The notes under the pieces are model-generated. The model saw only the letters and a program-made list of their open reading frames with translations, ran no database searches and was not told where the DNA came from. From Hydrolagus colliei (lineage: Eukaryota): 64,000 bases of DNA. Of this stretch, positions 48,051 through 60,659 are shown one piece after another. The translations under genes and the position numbers were made by a program. Positions within the stretch are counted from its first letter, which is position 1. Each line of letters begins with the position of its first letter. Location: positions 1,054,001-1,118,000 of the forward strand of contig CM068778.1 in the NCBI GenBank assembly GCA_035084275.1. Direction: 5' to 3'.

Positions 48051-49330
48051 CATAGAATCATAGAGCACAAAAGGAGGCCACTTAGCCCATTGTGTCTGTG
48101 CCAGCTCTTTAAAAAGAGCAAAAGAGCTCTTTAAAAAGTGTATCGAGCTACCAGACTCCTCAGCTCTCTGTCCATAACCTCGCAAACCTGTCCTCCCCAA
48201 ATAAATGTCTACATCTTTTTTAAAAGTTATTCTTGAATCGGCCTCCACCACCTTTTCAGGCAATGCATTCCACATTCGAACAACTCGCTGAGTGAAAACA
48301 ATTATCCTCACCGCCCCTCTGCTTCTTTTTGAAAATATTTTAAATTTGTGACCACGAGTCACTGATACGCCCACCAGTGGAAACAGTTTTTCCCTATCTA
48401 CTCCGACGAAACCCCTCATGACCTTAAAACCATCCATTAGGTCTCCTTGGAACCTTTTCAGTTCCAATAAGAATAAACCTAGCCTACCTAGCCTTTCATC
48501 ATAGCTGAAGACCGTCATTCCTGGTACCAACCCAGTAAATCTCCTCTGCACCCTTTCCAATGCCTTAACATCCTTCCTAAAGTGTGGTGACCTGAATTGT
48601 ACACAGTACTCTAGCTGAGGCTTAACCAAAGTTTTATAGAGATTAGTCACAATTTCCTGACTTTTGTACACCATCCTCCTATTTATGAAGCCTAGTGTCC
48701 CCGTCCCGTATGCTTTTTTGATGGCCTTAGCTCCCTGTCATGCTACATTCAAAGAATCAATCACATTGAGATCCCCAGATCTCTCTGTTGCTTCACACCT
48801 TTTAAAATCGTACTACCTAATCTATATTACCTCCCCTCATTTCTCCTCCCAAAATGCATCACATCACATTTCTCTACATTAAACATCATCTGCCACATGT
48901 CTGCCCCTTTTACCATTCAGTCTATATCTTCTTGCAGATGACTACTATCCTCCTCACTATGTAATATTTTTCTTAACTTTGTGTTATCTACAAACTTCGA
49001 AATGGTACTCCTTATACCCAAGTCCAGATCATTGATACAAACTAAAAAGAGCAGTGGTCCCAACACCGATCCCTGGGGGACACTACTGTACACTTCCCTC
49101 CAGTCAGAAAAACAGTCATTCACCACAACTCTCTGCTTTCTGTCTCCCAGCCAGTTCTGGATCCATGCTGCCACTGTCCCTTTAATGCCATGGTCCTCTA
49201 TTTATGAGTCTTATCAGCCTTTCTGTGGCACTTCGAACGTCCATATAAACTATACCAACTGCACTACCCTCATCCACCCATTCCGTTACCTCATCAGAAA
49301 ATCCTATCAGATTCGTCAGCCAAGCTTTCC
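48051..49330 (-). mobile_element. Older CR1 LINE fragment with deletions
   Basis: RT peptides VPQGSVLGP and LVKPQLEYCVQF; catagaatcataga tail. Confidence 0.9.
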
Positions 49331-49484
49331 CTTTAGTTGTTGAAATATAAAGTATTCTGCATTACAGGAGTCAGGGAAAATACATCCATAATTACAGGGA
49401 ATAACCTGTTAATTATCAAAATATTATTGCACTTTTTTTCTTATGTTTGTTGGTAACTACTGTGTACATGGAGGCAAGCGAACA

Positions 49485-49556
49485 GCAGTGATCGTATCAT
49501 GGTTATTACTATGTGTTGTGGCCACAGCAAGCTTGGTTCGAATCTGGGTCATGGCA
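49485..49556 (+). tRNA. tRNA-His(GTG): tRNA-His(GTG), degenerate
   Basis: GCAGTGATCGTATCATGGTTATTACT..TTGTGGCC..GGTTCGAATCTGGGTCATGGCA; many substitutions. Confidence 0.8.
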
Positions 49557-50707
49557 ATCAGCATTCTTTTGCGCTTTGATTTAAAAACTTTTTTTAACGT
49601 AATCTCAGTCCACAATTAATGTGTATTTGATAAAGCCCCCCCTTTGCAGTTAACCACTAATAAAAATGACAATACTTGCATTCGGTATAGTATGTTATGT
49701 CGTCTGTCAGATGCAAATTAGTTCAGTTTGGTGAATTATGAATATATTCGATTGTTGACAATAATAAGTGCCAACCAGTCAAGTTTAATGACCAATATTA
49801 ACATTAAATCACTTTTTCTAGGATCAGAACTATCTCCTATGGTGATCAAATCAGTTGTTTTTTGAGTTCAGCACCTCACTCTGCCATTATAGTACTTCAC
49901 CTACCCCACCTTTAAACACACAATAAACTAGTATTGAAGAACGAGGATTGTTTTAAAGAAAACATATTGCAGCAGATGACCTACAATGAAATGTTCTGTT
50001 TGTCAGCCGAGTGCTGGTAACCCATTATCAGGATTGTGTGAAGTTTTAGGATTCTATGCCGCCAACATGTGTGATTTCCTATGTTTGGAATGGAATGAAC
50101 ATGGTTTACCAGGTGAATACATTTGTATTCCATACTCCCCTTGGGCAAGTTGCTTTACTCCACACACCTGAAAATAATCCCTTCAAATAAATACAATAAT
50201 AAATTGGTCACTTCAATCCACAACTGTTTGTGGGACACGGCTGTTGGCTGCAGCATTCCGTCCATACTGTCAGAATATTCTGTGATTTGCGTTGAAACGC
50301 CTGGAAGACGTGAAATGCGCTGTATCAAATTCAAGGCTTATTATTGTAGGTTAAGAAGAGATAATAAAACGAGGGTGAGAATCTTGAAATGAACCTGTTC
50401 AGTGATGGGGGACAAGTGGATGTGGCAACCACTGGTGTGAAGGGGGCAGTTCAGTAAGGGTGAGTATGTGGGTGGTGGAGTTTGGGTCATTTGGATAATG
50501 TGCCTGGTGGAACTGGCAAAGTTGGCAGTGTCTACGGCTCATTATCACGAATTGGGAGTTAGTAGGATAACATTTCCCAGCAGTGGGATTTGAATCAATG
50601 TCCTCCAAGAGTCTGTTAAACCCCAATTGTGCATTTGAGATTTGTCATGGATTCAAAAGGCAGCAATGATTTTGTATTAATCTCTCGATAGTAATCAGGT
50701 CACTGAA

Positions 50708-50780
50708 GTTTTTGTAGTGTAGTTGTTATCACGTTCGTCTCACACGCTAAAGGTCCCAGGTTCGAAACCTTGTGGAAACA
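50708..50780 (+). tRNA. tRNA-Val(CAC): tRNA-Val(CAC), degenerate inverted paralog of 16408-16480
   Basis: CTCACAC loop and GGTTCGAAACC, with several stem mismatches. Confidence 0.85.
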
Positions 50781-52089
50781 TTTAATTAACTTTTATTTTA
50801 CAAAATGTATTGATACACATGCTCACACTTTCAATATTGAAGAGGTTGGAGTAGAAAAAGAACACAACCACCATGAAAATAAATCAACAGATAGAAACTG
50901 TTGCAAACATTTCAGGCAACAACTGAAATATAAAACATGAATCCAGCTGCTGAACTGAATTCTGTTGTTGATGAAAGCACTTGATGTGGAGTCAGTTCCC
51001 ATTCGTTTTCAATTATTCAATCATTTGCGACAGAATTCAATAAACTGAAAGCAGTGACATGATGAAGGTGATTATTGCGCTCAATCTATTTTCCTATCAA
51101 CATAAAATATCCCTTTTGATTGTGGCAATTGGTCATAGCTCTCTCCACGATACTCAATGCTCTTGCCCCGCTCACCGCCTCCTATTCTAGAACCTCACCC
51201 TGGTTCACCGGCCACCTCTGCTTGCTCAAGCCACTGGGCCATTGAAAGCACTGGTTCAAATCTGGACCAATGGTCCACCGGTATATCTGCCTGGATCACA
51301 TCAAAAACTACCGGTCACTCTGGCCTCCGCCAAATCCTCCTTCTGCTCCATGATAATCCTGGAGGTGAAGGACAATCCCAGGCTCCTGTTCTCCATGACA
51401 AACCGGCTCCTCCGCCATCCCCGCCTTGCCCCACAGGTACTTTTCTCCAACTCCCACAGTGAGGAGATGCTGGGCTTATGCAAGTCCAAAATCGATGGAA
51501 TCCGCTCAGCTGTCAATGCCCTTCCAACTTCCACCCCTTCCCCACCTCCCTCCCCTACTCCGACACCTACACATTCCTCCTTCCACCAATTCAAAACAGT
51601 TCTTGTAGCTCAGTGGTTAGAGCCCTGGTGTCGCTCGCAAGCCACCATCTTGTAACTCAGTGGTTAGAATCCTGGCCTCGCAAGCCAAAGTCCTGTAGAT
51701 CAGTGGTTAGATCCCTCTGTCTCTTAATCTCTATCTTTCTCTGGCTCTTTTTGTGTTTTCATATCACATGCTTGTGGTCACTCAACCTACCATTGACTCT
51801 TTGTGGGGACGTCGCTGGGCGCAATTGGCTGCCGCATTTCGCTCTCCCACAAAACACACACAGTCACTACACTTTACAGTGTGTCCCTGTGAAGCTCTTT
51901 GAGATGACTCGATGACAGGATAATCTGCAGGGTCAAACGCCAGGATTATCATTATAATAATTATATAAATATTATATGATTGTAGTATTATCTTCTGATC
52001 ATTATTATAGTGTTACATTATTATAGTTATATTACTGTTTTATTACATGGTACAGTATAATGATATTCTCAATGATTTTAATGAAAAAA

Positions 52090-52790
52090 GAACTACAACT
52101 CCCAGGATCCACTGTGGCTGCACATGGAGTCAACGTGTGTTCCTCTTGTGGAATTGGAGCTGGCTTGTGTGTCCCTGGTGGACTACAGGAACTCTCTCTT
52201 CATCAGCCTTCCTAGCTCCTCCCTTCACAAGCTGCAGACTGCAGCTCATGTCCACTCCCGCACTAGGTTCCGTGACCACATCACTCCCACCCTCTCCCTT
52301 CTCCACTGGCTCCCCATCTCCCAGAGGGTTGAATTAAAGATCCTCGTCCTCACTTTCAAGGCCAATCACGGCCTTGCCCCCAACTATCCCTCCAACCTAC
52401 TGTCTCCCTATCAGCCTGCCCGTCACCTCTGTTCAGCAGCCTCAGGCCTGCTCCACGTCCCCCGCCCAAACTGCCCCACCATTGGCGGCCGGGCTTTCAG
52501 CCTCTCTGCCCCCACACTCTGGAACTCCATCCCACAATCCCTTCACCTCGCTTCCTCCCTTTCCTCCTTGAAGGCCAGTTAATAGCTCAATACCTTCCTC
52601 TTCGACCGTGCCTTCTGCTCCCCTCCTAACTCTCTCCCCTCTTCTACTCTCTTTCTCCCTACACTGACCAATCCCCTCCCCTCACCCCCCCACCCAACCC
52701 CCTGCTTGGGTAACGGCCTAACTTTTCAGCATCTTGGGACATTCTCTTGACGTGAGTGGCGCTCTATAAATTCAATGTTGTTGTTGTTGT
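52090..52790 (+). mobile_element. L2 LINE 3' fragment
   Basis: RFRDHITPTLSLLHWLP..KILVLTFKA peptide and a (ttg)n tail. Confidence 0.85.
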
Positions 52791-53335
52791 ACCTGCCCCT
52801 TTGAGGCACAGGCGTTACAGGTTTTACAGGTTTTGGGGCGGGTCCCAGCCAGAAAAAAGGGTGATGTTTCTCAGACAGAAGCTCACAGGGGATGTTCTGT
52901 AGCTTTAGCTGATTGTACCATAGAAGTCACTCCTCCCAACACACTCAGGGTCCCTGAGCCTCGAATTTTACCAATATTCTCCAACATTGCACGTTTTGAT
53001 TTTATTTGTGACCCTGTGGTGAAGTACTGACTGTATTTCTTGTATATCATGTATTTCTTCAATATAGATCAAAGTCTGAGAAGTGGTTTTCAAAGTCTAT
53101 TCAGCACGTGTTCAAAAGTACAGGTAAAAAAGTTTATTTGTGTTGCTCTAAGTGATTCTGAACTAACAAAGAAAAGGGGTGTAGTTATAGTGTGGGTGAC
53201 TAACTATAATGTGCACCTGGTGTTTTGTGTAGACAAGTTGTTTCTCTCCCATTTGCTCGACGTTGCTGACCATGCCTGTGTTGTGGATAGATTGTTTAAA
53301 TTGGTGCCTGACTGGAACTAACCTTAAGTCCTACG

Positions 53336-54181
53336 TAGGGTTCGGCAATATATCGATATATCGGTTATATCCGACATAAGTTTCATATCGATACACTGAT
53401 ATAAGCATTTTCTAAATATCAATATACGAAAAAGTCAATATATCGAAAAATTCGGAATGCGCGCGCACTGAACTACAAGACCCAGAATGCTCATCTCTAT
53501 ACACAATGCACAGACCGAGATACAAGCCGACATATTGTATTCATAGTCCTCGAATACAATATACAGGTATGCAAGGGGTGGGGGGGGAGAGAGACAGCGG
53601 GGGGCGGGTGGGGGGGTGAGAGAGGGACGGCGTTGGGGGGGGTGAGGAGAGAGGGATGGCGGCGGAGGGGGGGGGAGAGCGATGGCGGCGTGGGGGGGTA
53701 GAGGGGTACGGCGGCTGGGGGGGGGGAAGAGAAGGATGGCGGCGGGGGTGGGAGGAGAGAGGGACGGCAGCTGGTGTGGGGGAGAGAGGGACAGGGACAG
53801 CGGGGGTACGACAGACGGGTGTGGGGAGACAGGGTGGATGTGACAATATACAGGCAGGCAGGGAGGCAGGCCGGGGGAGGGAGGGAGGGAGGGAGGGCGG
53901 GGGGGAGAGAGAGAGAGGGAGGGAGAGAGAGAGAGAGAGGGAGAGAGAGAGACAGAAAAACACAGAGATGGAGAGAGTGAGTGTGAGAGACACAGAGAGA
54001 GAGATATTTACCTCCGGAGGAGATAGCCCCGAATGCACGTGCACTTCCGAATGTGCGCGCACCTCGCAACGCACGCGCATGCGCAGTACTAAAACCCCCG
54101 AAAATATGGATATATCGGTATATCTTGATATGAGCCGATCGATATATCTAAATAGGAAAATTTCCATATCGACGGACCCTA
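53336..54181. mobile_element. Non-autonomous hAT-type DNA transposon (846 bp); truncated second copy at about 62890-63261
   Basis: Imperfect TIRs TAGGGTTCGGCAATAT / TAGGGTCCGTCGATAT; perfect 8-bp TSD GTCCTACG at 53328-53335 and 54182-54189; subterminal ATCGAT-rich repeats. Confidence 0.88.
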
Positions 54182-55280
54182 GTCCTACGGCATTCACATG
54201 ATGTTCACGTGAACCTTCAGTAGTTAGTCCCTATCACTGACAATGCACAAATATTGTAGAAAACAAATATAAATCTTTATTCATTCAGATTAGTAATATT
54301 ACTGGTGATTAAAATCATACACTAAATCTTATTTGTCCCTGTTCGGTTCTCTCAGTGGTTACATTGACCAAACCAATGTTACAGAAGAGATGGAGAAGTC
54401 ACTTCCAATTTAATATCAAATAACATGTACCGGTACGCGTTCGAGTAGCAAAAGCATAATCAGGTACTGCAATAATGTTGCTTAGTTTGCTAGTGTCAAT
54501 ACACATGTTGACAGTCATATTTCTAGAGCGTCTTTCACATAGGGAGGACGTCTGATAAGTCGTATATGTCTTAATTTTGAACTTCTTACACCTTCTCCCA
54601 CACCTTTTTTCTCTCTCAACTCCAAATCGGGTGGTGAGATATCACTGGGGAGTGATGTGCAGTGTCCTGGAGAGATGAGCGTCGCTGTTTAAATGTAATT
54701 ACAATTTTATTGCTAATTAAACGTCTAAAAGCCCGTCATAAACTGTCAGAACAATAATCCATTCACATTGAGTACCCAATGTTTTGTTTGGTTACAATGG
54801 GACACTTTGTCAATGGTGAATAGGGTACAGTACAATATTCAGTATTTTCAATTCAAATTCACCAGATTGATTGGGCTTCAGAATTGCATACATGAGAAGC
54901 AACAGCACACTAAACGAGCAAGCTGCCTCCATATTGAGGCTCAATTTAAGTTGTCTCTTTCAATTACAAAATTGAACTATGTAATTTCAGGCTTTCAAGC
55001 AATACACGGAATTAAAAAAAGTTATTGATACAATGCAGCAGTCATTTCACTCCATTCTGATCCTACAGTTAGAGGAAGTTGCTGGAGATGACTTAAGCTG
55101 CACTGACCATCCAAACACAATCATGGCCATCTGGCCTTGTTGAACTTGTCAAGAGAATGGGCGTTGAATGAGCTATAGTAGAATTGGTCACTGTTTCCCC
55201 AAGCCCTGAAATATAGTTTTATTAGCTCCATCGCTATTGCAGGTGCTGAGCAAAGCCATGTCCATGTTTCCCTTGCTTTG

Positions 55281-58200
55281 TTAGGCCCACAGTTGTTGGT
55301 TGTGTTGCTTGCTTTTGTCTGGTAACAGATCCTGGTTGCTAGCGACTTTGGTTAATAACTCTGCCTGTTTCTTGACTTGACTCAATGATTGAATGCGGTC
55401 CTGGTACCCAGGTTTTACTTCTTGTTTCTCCCCTTCAATCAGCCAATCAATGTACTCCGGAGTCGACAGTGGATTTGGTCTGAGAGCTATTTCTTTAAGC
55501 CGTGTCAGGCAGAGAGATAATGTTTCCACCAGCCTTAGAACCTTTTTCTGGATGAGAAACAGATCCTCTTCTAGTTTCTGCATTATCTTCTCTTGGGTCA
55601 TCATTTCACCACTCGACTTCTCATACTTTTCTTTCAGATTCTTATACGTTCTCTTTTCTATAGTTTCAACATATTCAAATTTGTAATGTTGATTGTGATG
55701 AACACTCCAAATACATTTGCCAGGACAGACCATGCAGTATCCACTCTTGTCCATAGCTGCACAGTCATGTTTGTCACCATCATTAGGGATAAAACAGGGA
55801 TGGTGGCAGGTGATGTGACACTGCTGACAATTAGTTATGTAATCTCTAGTACCACTGATATCCTTCTTTACTGCTTTTGTCACCTTAATTTCATATTCAA
55901 AGTTTTCATTTGCCTTCACTTCAGCTTTGTGCTGGTTCAACACTTGTTTTGTCTTCCTAATCTCTTCTAGTTTGCACAGACCCACATTGATCTGCGGTTG
56001 CAATCCCTCCACAGTAACGTCCAGCTGATTTCGCTCCTTAAGAACCTCCTTGGTTAAACATAGACTCTTTGATTTAATTGTGCTAAGAGAGCTAAAGAAG
56101 TTCCTCATGCTGGATGATCCCATTCTCCAGAACATTTTGTCAAAGTTCTCCTCATCACTTCCACACTTCCCCGAGGTTCCACTTTGAGCGAATATGGCTG
56201 AGTTATTGAATTTGAAGTGAAGTGGTTGACCTTTATTATCTTTGGGACATGGTATCTCAGATTCGTTCACCGCCTCAAGAACAGGAGGAACCTGCCCATC
56301 TGCGAAGGTGACCAAAACGCGAATGTTCTCTGCAATATCTTTGCCAAAAATTGAAAGAATTGAATCAAAGATGTATTTCTGTGTCGGAGTCAGTCGGGCT
56401 AAAGAGGCTTGGACAACAAAGCAAACAACATCAATTTGATCTATACCATGTGGGGAAGTAAAGAACTCTCTGATTTGCTTTGTAATATTTTTGTCTCTTG
56501 TTATTCCTTGGGTGTCTCCATATCCTGGGGTATCTATAATATTCAGTGAGTAACAAACTCTGTATCCTTCTTGGTGGCTGAATTCATAGGCACTGATTGA
56601 AGAGGTTTGGCTTTCAGCCTGTGATCTATTTGTCTCTTCATGTATTAACTTGTATCGGAACTTGTCCTCCCACTCTACTCCGAGGATGTAGTTGACCATG
56701 GCGTTAATGAGGGTGGTTTTTCCTGAGCCTGTCGCTCCAAGGACCATGATGGTCTTGACATTGTGTATGGGGGATTCCTTTCCAAACCTGTATTTTACAG
56801 GGTCGCCATTATTCTCACATCTCAATCTCTTCACAAGGAGCTGGTAAATTGCAGGGTCCCCTTTGGTCAACAATTTGCTTTCCATGACATAACGTCCAGC
56901 CAGTAATTTTGGATTTTTCTCTGTGTTTGTTTTCTTTGGTGCGTATGTTGTTGTTTTTGATTCTTCTTTCTTTTCCTTACTCTCTATCTTTAGTGAGGCC
57001 TCATGACTCAATGAACTCTCACCAGCCTGACCACAGACTGCAGATACTACCAGCATGTAAGTTGCACTGGGTATCAATCCTCGTAATATATAAAAACATT
57101 TACTGTCCTTTGTTGTTGTTTCCTGCCATCGGTCACCCTCCGCACTTGAGGTGTTCCTACGTACTTGGTATTGTATCTTGTAGTGATGTATAGTCACACC
57201 ATCTCCCACCACACTGGGCTTCTCCCAGGTCACTTTCACATCAAACCCTTCTACCTGAGCCATTGAGAGCTTTCCAGGGGCATTCGTGGGAAGTGTGGTC
57301 ACTCTCAGACTATCACTGGCCAGGCTGACCCATGGGTTACTCACTGTTCTGTATTGTAACTGATACTCTTTGTATGGACTTAACCCAGTTATGGTGCAAG
57401 GGTTTGATATCCCACTTATGGTCTGAATGTCCCAGGTTTCCTGTTTGGCCATACGAAATTCCAATCTGAAGCCCACAATCTGACCATTTTGGTCTGCTGG
57501 CCGTAAATTCAGGCTGACACTGTCATGGGATCTACTAAACACTGAGGGAGTGACAGGTTTTACTGGGGGTTTGAAGCAGCTGCTCACCAAGGTTGCATCT
57601 TCATACAGGTAAATTGATGCTCCTGTATGGTCCTGATCCGGCACAGAGGCAACAAGGAAACTTGTGCTCGCATCTGCTCTGTTGGCCGCGTAAAATTCCA
57701 CGAAAGATTGTGCACATTTCCGCATTTCCTGGAGCAAGTGATGGCATGATTTCTGGCCAGGATTGGCTGATGTTGGCTGATATGCTTTACCAGGGCTTTG
57801 AGATCGAAGGTAATTGTCTATTTGTGACAGATAGGTGTCTTCTTGATCCAGTGATGTGAATGTGAAGCAGACGAGGTACTGCGTGTTTAGGTCAAATATT
57901 TGTGTTTCCAGCTCAACCTGTGATTTCGCCAAATTTATGCCTTTCATTTTATTGAGGCAAGCTGCCACCAAAGACATTTCCAGGTGTTTGTTGTCCAGCC
58001 ATTCCGTCAGTAACTGGCTTCCCAGTGGAGATTGTTCTGTATTGATCAGAATATCTGCCAGGATTCCCTCCTCTGCACCCCCTCCCCGGATAGATGGCAG
58101 GGCACTGGCCAACCTCTTTTGGAAGGCATGCCTGTGCTGCAAACATCTCGCTCTGAATCTTTGGAGGTTTAGTTTGATCGCAGGAAATGGGACATTGGGA

Positions 58201-60537
58201 CATTCTTTGATCATATCACTGCACCGCATGTCCACCTCATCGAGGAACTCCAGGATAGCCTGTGAGCGACTGATCAGATTGACACCGATGCATCGTACAA
58301 GCTGTGCTGCTTTTCCGTTCAGCTTCTTGAGTGGATAGAGCCAGACTTTCATGGGCACTGCATGTTCCCCATTCTCTCCCAGACCTTGTGGGAGACTTTT
58401 GTAAATGTCGATGGCATCTAGAAAGCTGGTGGGATTAGACTGAAGGGAATAATCACCATAAAAGGTGCAGCCAAACATCTGGACATTAGCTTTTTCTTCT
58501 TTTGACAGGTCCAGGGAAACGTCACCCACAATTCCAAACTTGGGGATATTGTTAATCTTTGCTTCCATGTGACCCTGAATATCTCTTAGATTCTCTGAAG
58601 ACGAGACCTCACGATCAAAAACAAAAAAGGCATGAGCCCCGAACAGCAGAGCAGTCACTACGTGGGTGGCCATGCCCTGCTCAAACACTTCAGGGTAAGA
58701 AATGTTCTGTTCTGCCAAGTGGCTCATGGTCAGCTGCTCAAACCTGGTTGTGGTGGAATACTGCAGTGTCACTCGAGCATGTTGCTGGGATTTCTTTTTG
58801 TCATTCAGATACTTCCCAGATCCTTCTACCTCAATCATTCCTCCCATGAGGCTGGCCTTCAGATCTCCTGACACATTCAGGGCAGAGGATTTGTCATCAA
58901 TGGAGTCTGACACAATGACCTGAAACTCTGTGTTGGGTTTAGGAGTCACGTCCCTGTTAGCTCTCAGTGTTTCTAAGTCCCACAGCGTGACTCCTGCACA
59001 AGCCAAAGATACATGTTTTAAAATAGACAACACATTTGAGCCTCAATCAGTTGGAGCAAAATCTCAATTCTGAAACTCAAGTTTGTGGGTTCTAATCCCG
59101 AATCACGGATTTGGTACAAACACAATGTAGCGGACAATGCAGTTCACTGAGGAGCACTATATCGGGGAGCACCCATCCAACCATTCCAGAAAACCTACCC
59201 ATGTGAGGCGTGGGCTCTATCCATTGAGCTACAGGACTACAATTTACAAGGCTAGGGCTCTAATCACTGAACTGCAAAACTGGTTTGCGAGGTGAGGGCT
59301 GTAATTGCTGAGCTACAGGACTGTGGCTCGCGAGGCTAGGGCTGTAACCACTGAGTAACAGGACTGTTGCTTGGGAGGCAAGGGCTATAACCACTGAGCG
59401 ATAGGATTCCTTGGACATATTTCCAGGGATGAGAAGATAAAATTAACAGAAATGATTGGAGAGATGAGAACTTTTTGCTTTTCATTTGAGATTCAGAGGA
59501 ATATTCCAGATCTCACTGCTACCACTCCACTCCTGCCACTTCCTTCCCCATCATCATGTCGTGCCCAACGACCTTGCTATACAACTATGCTGAAGGTCAT
59601 CATCCACCAGCTCAAAGACATGCTGCACCAGGTCAGGACCCGAGCATGGGAGAGGGGCAGGGTAGATGGGAGGACTGGGAGTGAGTTGGGAGTGGAGGGA
59701 GAGAGTGGGGAATACAGCAGAAGTCAAGGTCGAAGAGGAGGTTCTTAAAGGAGGTGAGGGAGGGAGCAAGGCAAAAGGACTGTGGGATGGAGTTCCAGAG
59801 TGTGGGGGCAGAGAGACTGAAAGCCTGCTCGCTGATGGTAGCAGGTGAGAGACATGAAGGAGGCTGAACAGAGCTGAACTGGGGGGTGCAGGAAGGTTTA
59901 TAGGGGGACAGCAGGTTGGAGAGATAGGACTGGGGGGGGGGGGGGGGGCAAGATTGTGAATGGCCTTGAAGCTGAGTATGAGGATATTAAATTCAATTCT
60001 GTGGGGGATTGGGAGCCAAAGGAGCTGGGTGAGGATGGGTGTTTTGTAGTCATGGAGCTTGGTGCGGGAGAGGATACAAGCTGCAGAGTTATGGATCTTC
60101 TGCACCTTGTGAAGGGAAGAACCAGGAAGGCCAATTATGAGGAGGGAGTTTGCATAGTTGAGCCTTCATGTGCTGAATGGGTTTCGGCAGCATGAGGGAT
60201 GAGGCAGTGGTGTAGTCTAGCGATTTTGCGAAGGTGGTCATGGTGCACATTTGGGGGAGGAAGGACAGTTCAGGATCAAACAAGATGCCCATGTTTATCT
60301 CTGTGTCTGACCCCCGATGGCGATTTCCAGTTTAATTCCTTTGGCCTAATATTGTACACAACCCAAATTTTGCCAGCCATCAGCTGAGCAGAGCAGATCA
60401 ATGCCTGACTAAACACCAATGCTGTTGTTTTGTTTACCTGGGATAATGCTGTCTGTTCGACAGTCGTACAACATTCCCAGCTTGAAAGAACGTCCCAGAC
60501 TTGCCAGAGTCTTGGTTTCATTGTTTTCATTACCCAT
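55281..60537 (-). CDS. Stonustoxin/verrucotoxin-like pore-forming protein fused to 2xFN3 and a P-loop GTPase; exons 60537-60438 and 58993-55281, about 1270 aa, intact
   Basis: Exon 1 LASLGRSFKLGMLYDCRTDSIIP joins G-VTLWD through a phase-1 GT-AG intron, resembling the SNTX N-terminus. GATGSGKT at 56738-56715, DTPG at 56534-56523, AATAAA at 55223-55218. An in-frame ATG at 60597 is an alternative start. Confidence 0.88.
59530..60295 (-). mobile_element. Degenerate L2 in the toxin-gene intron
   Basis: QKIHNSAACILSRTKL..IEFNILILSFKA peptide. Confidence 0.8.
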
Positions 60538-60659
60538 TGCTAAGATCGTGCGAGAACTGTATCTCAATCTCTCTTCCTCCTGACCTCTTTGGTCCATTCA
60601 CTCCAGGATAATCCGCACGTTCCTTGTTAGAAAAGCACAAATGTAGCATATCATGAGAA

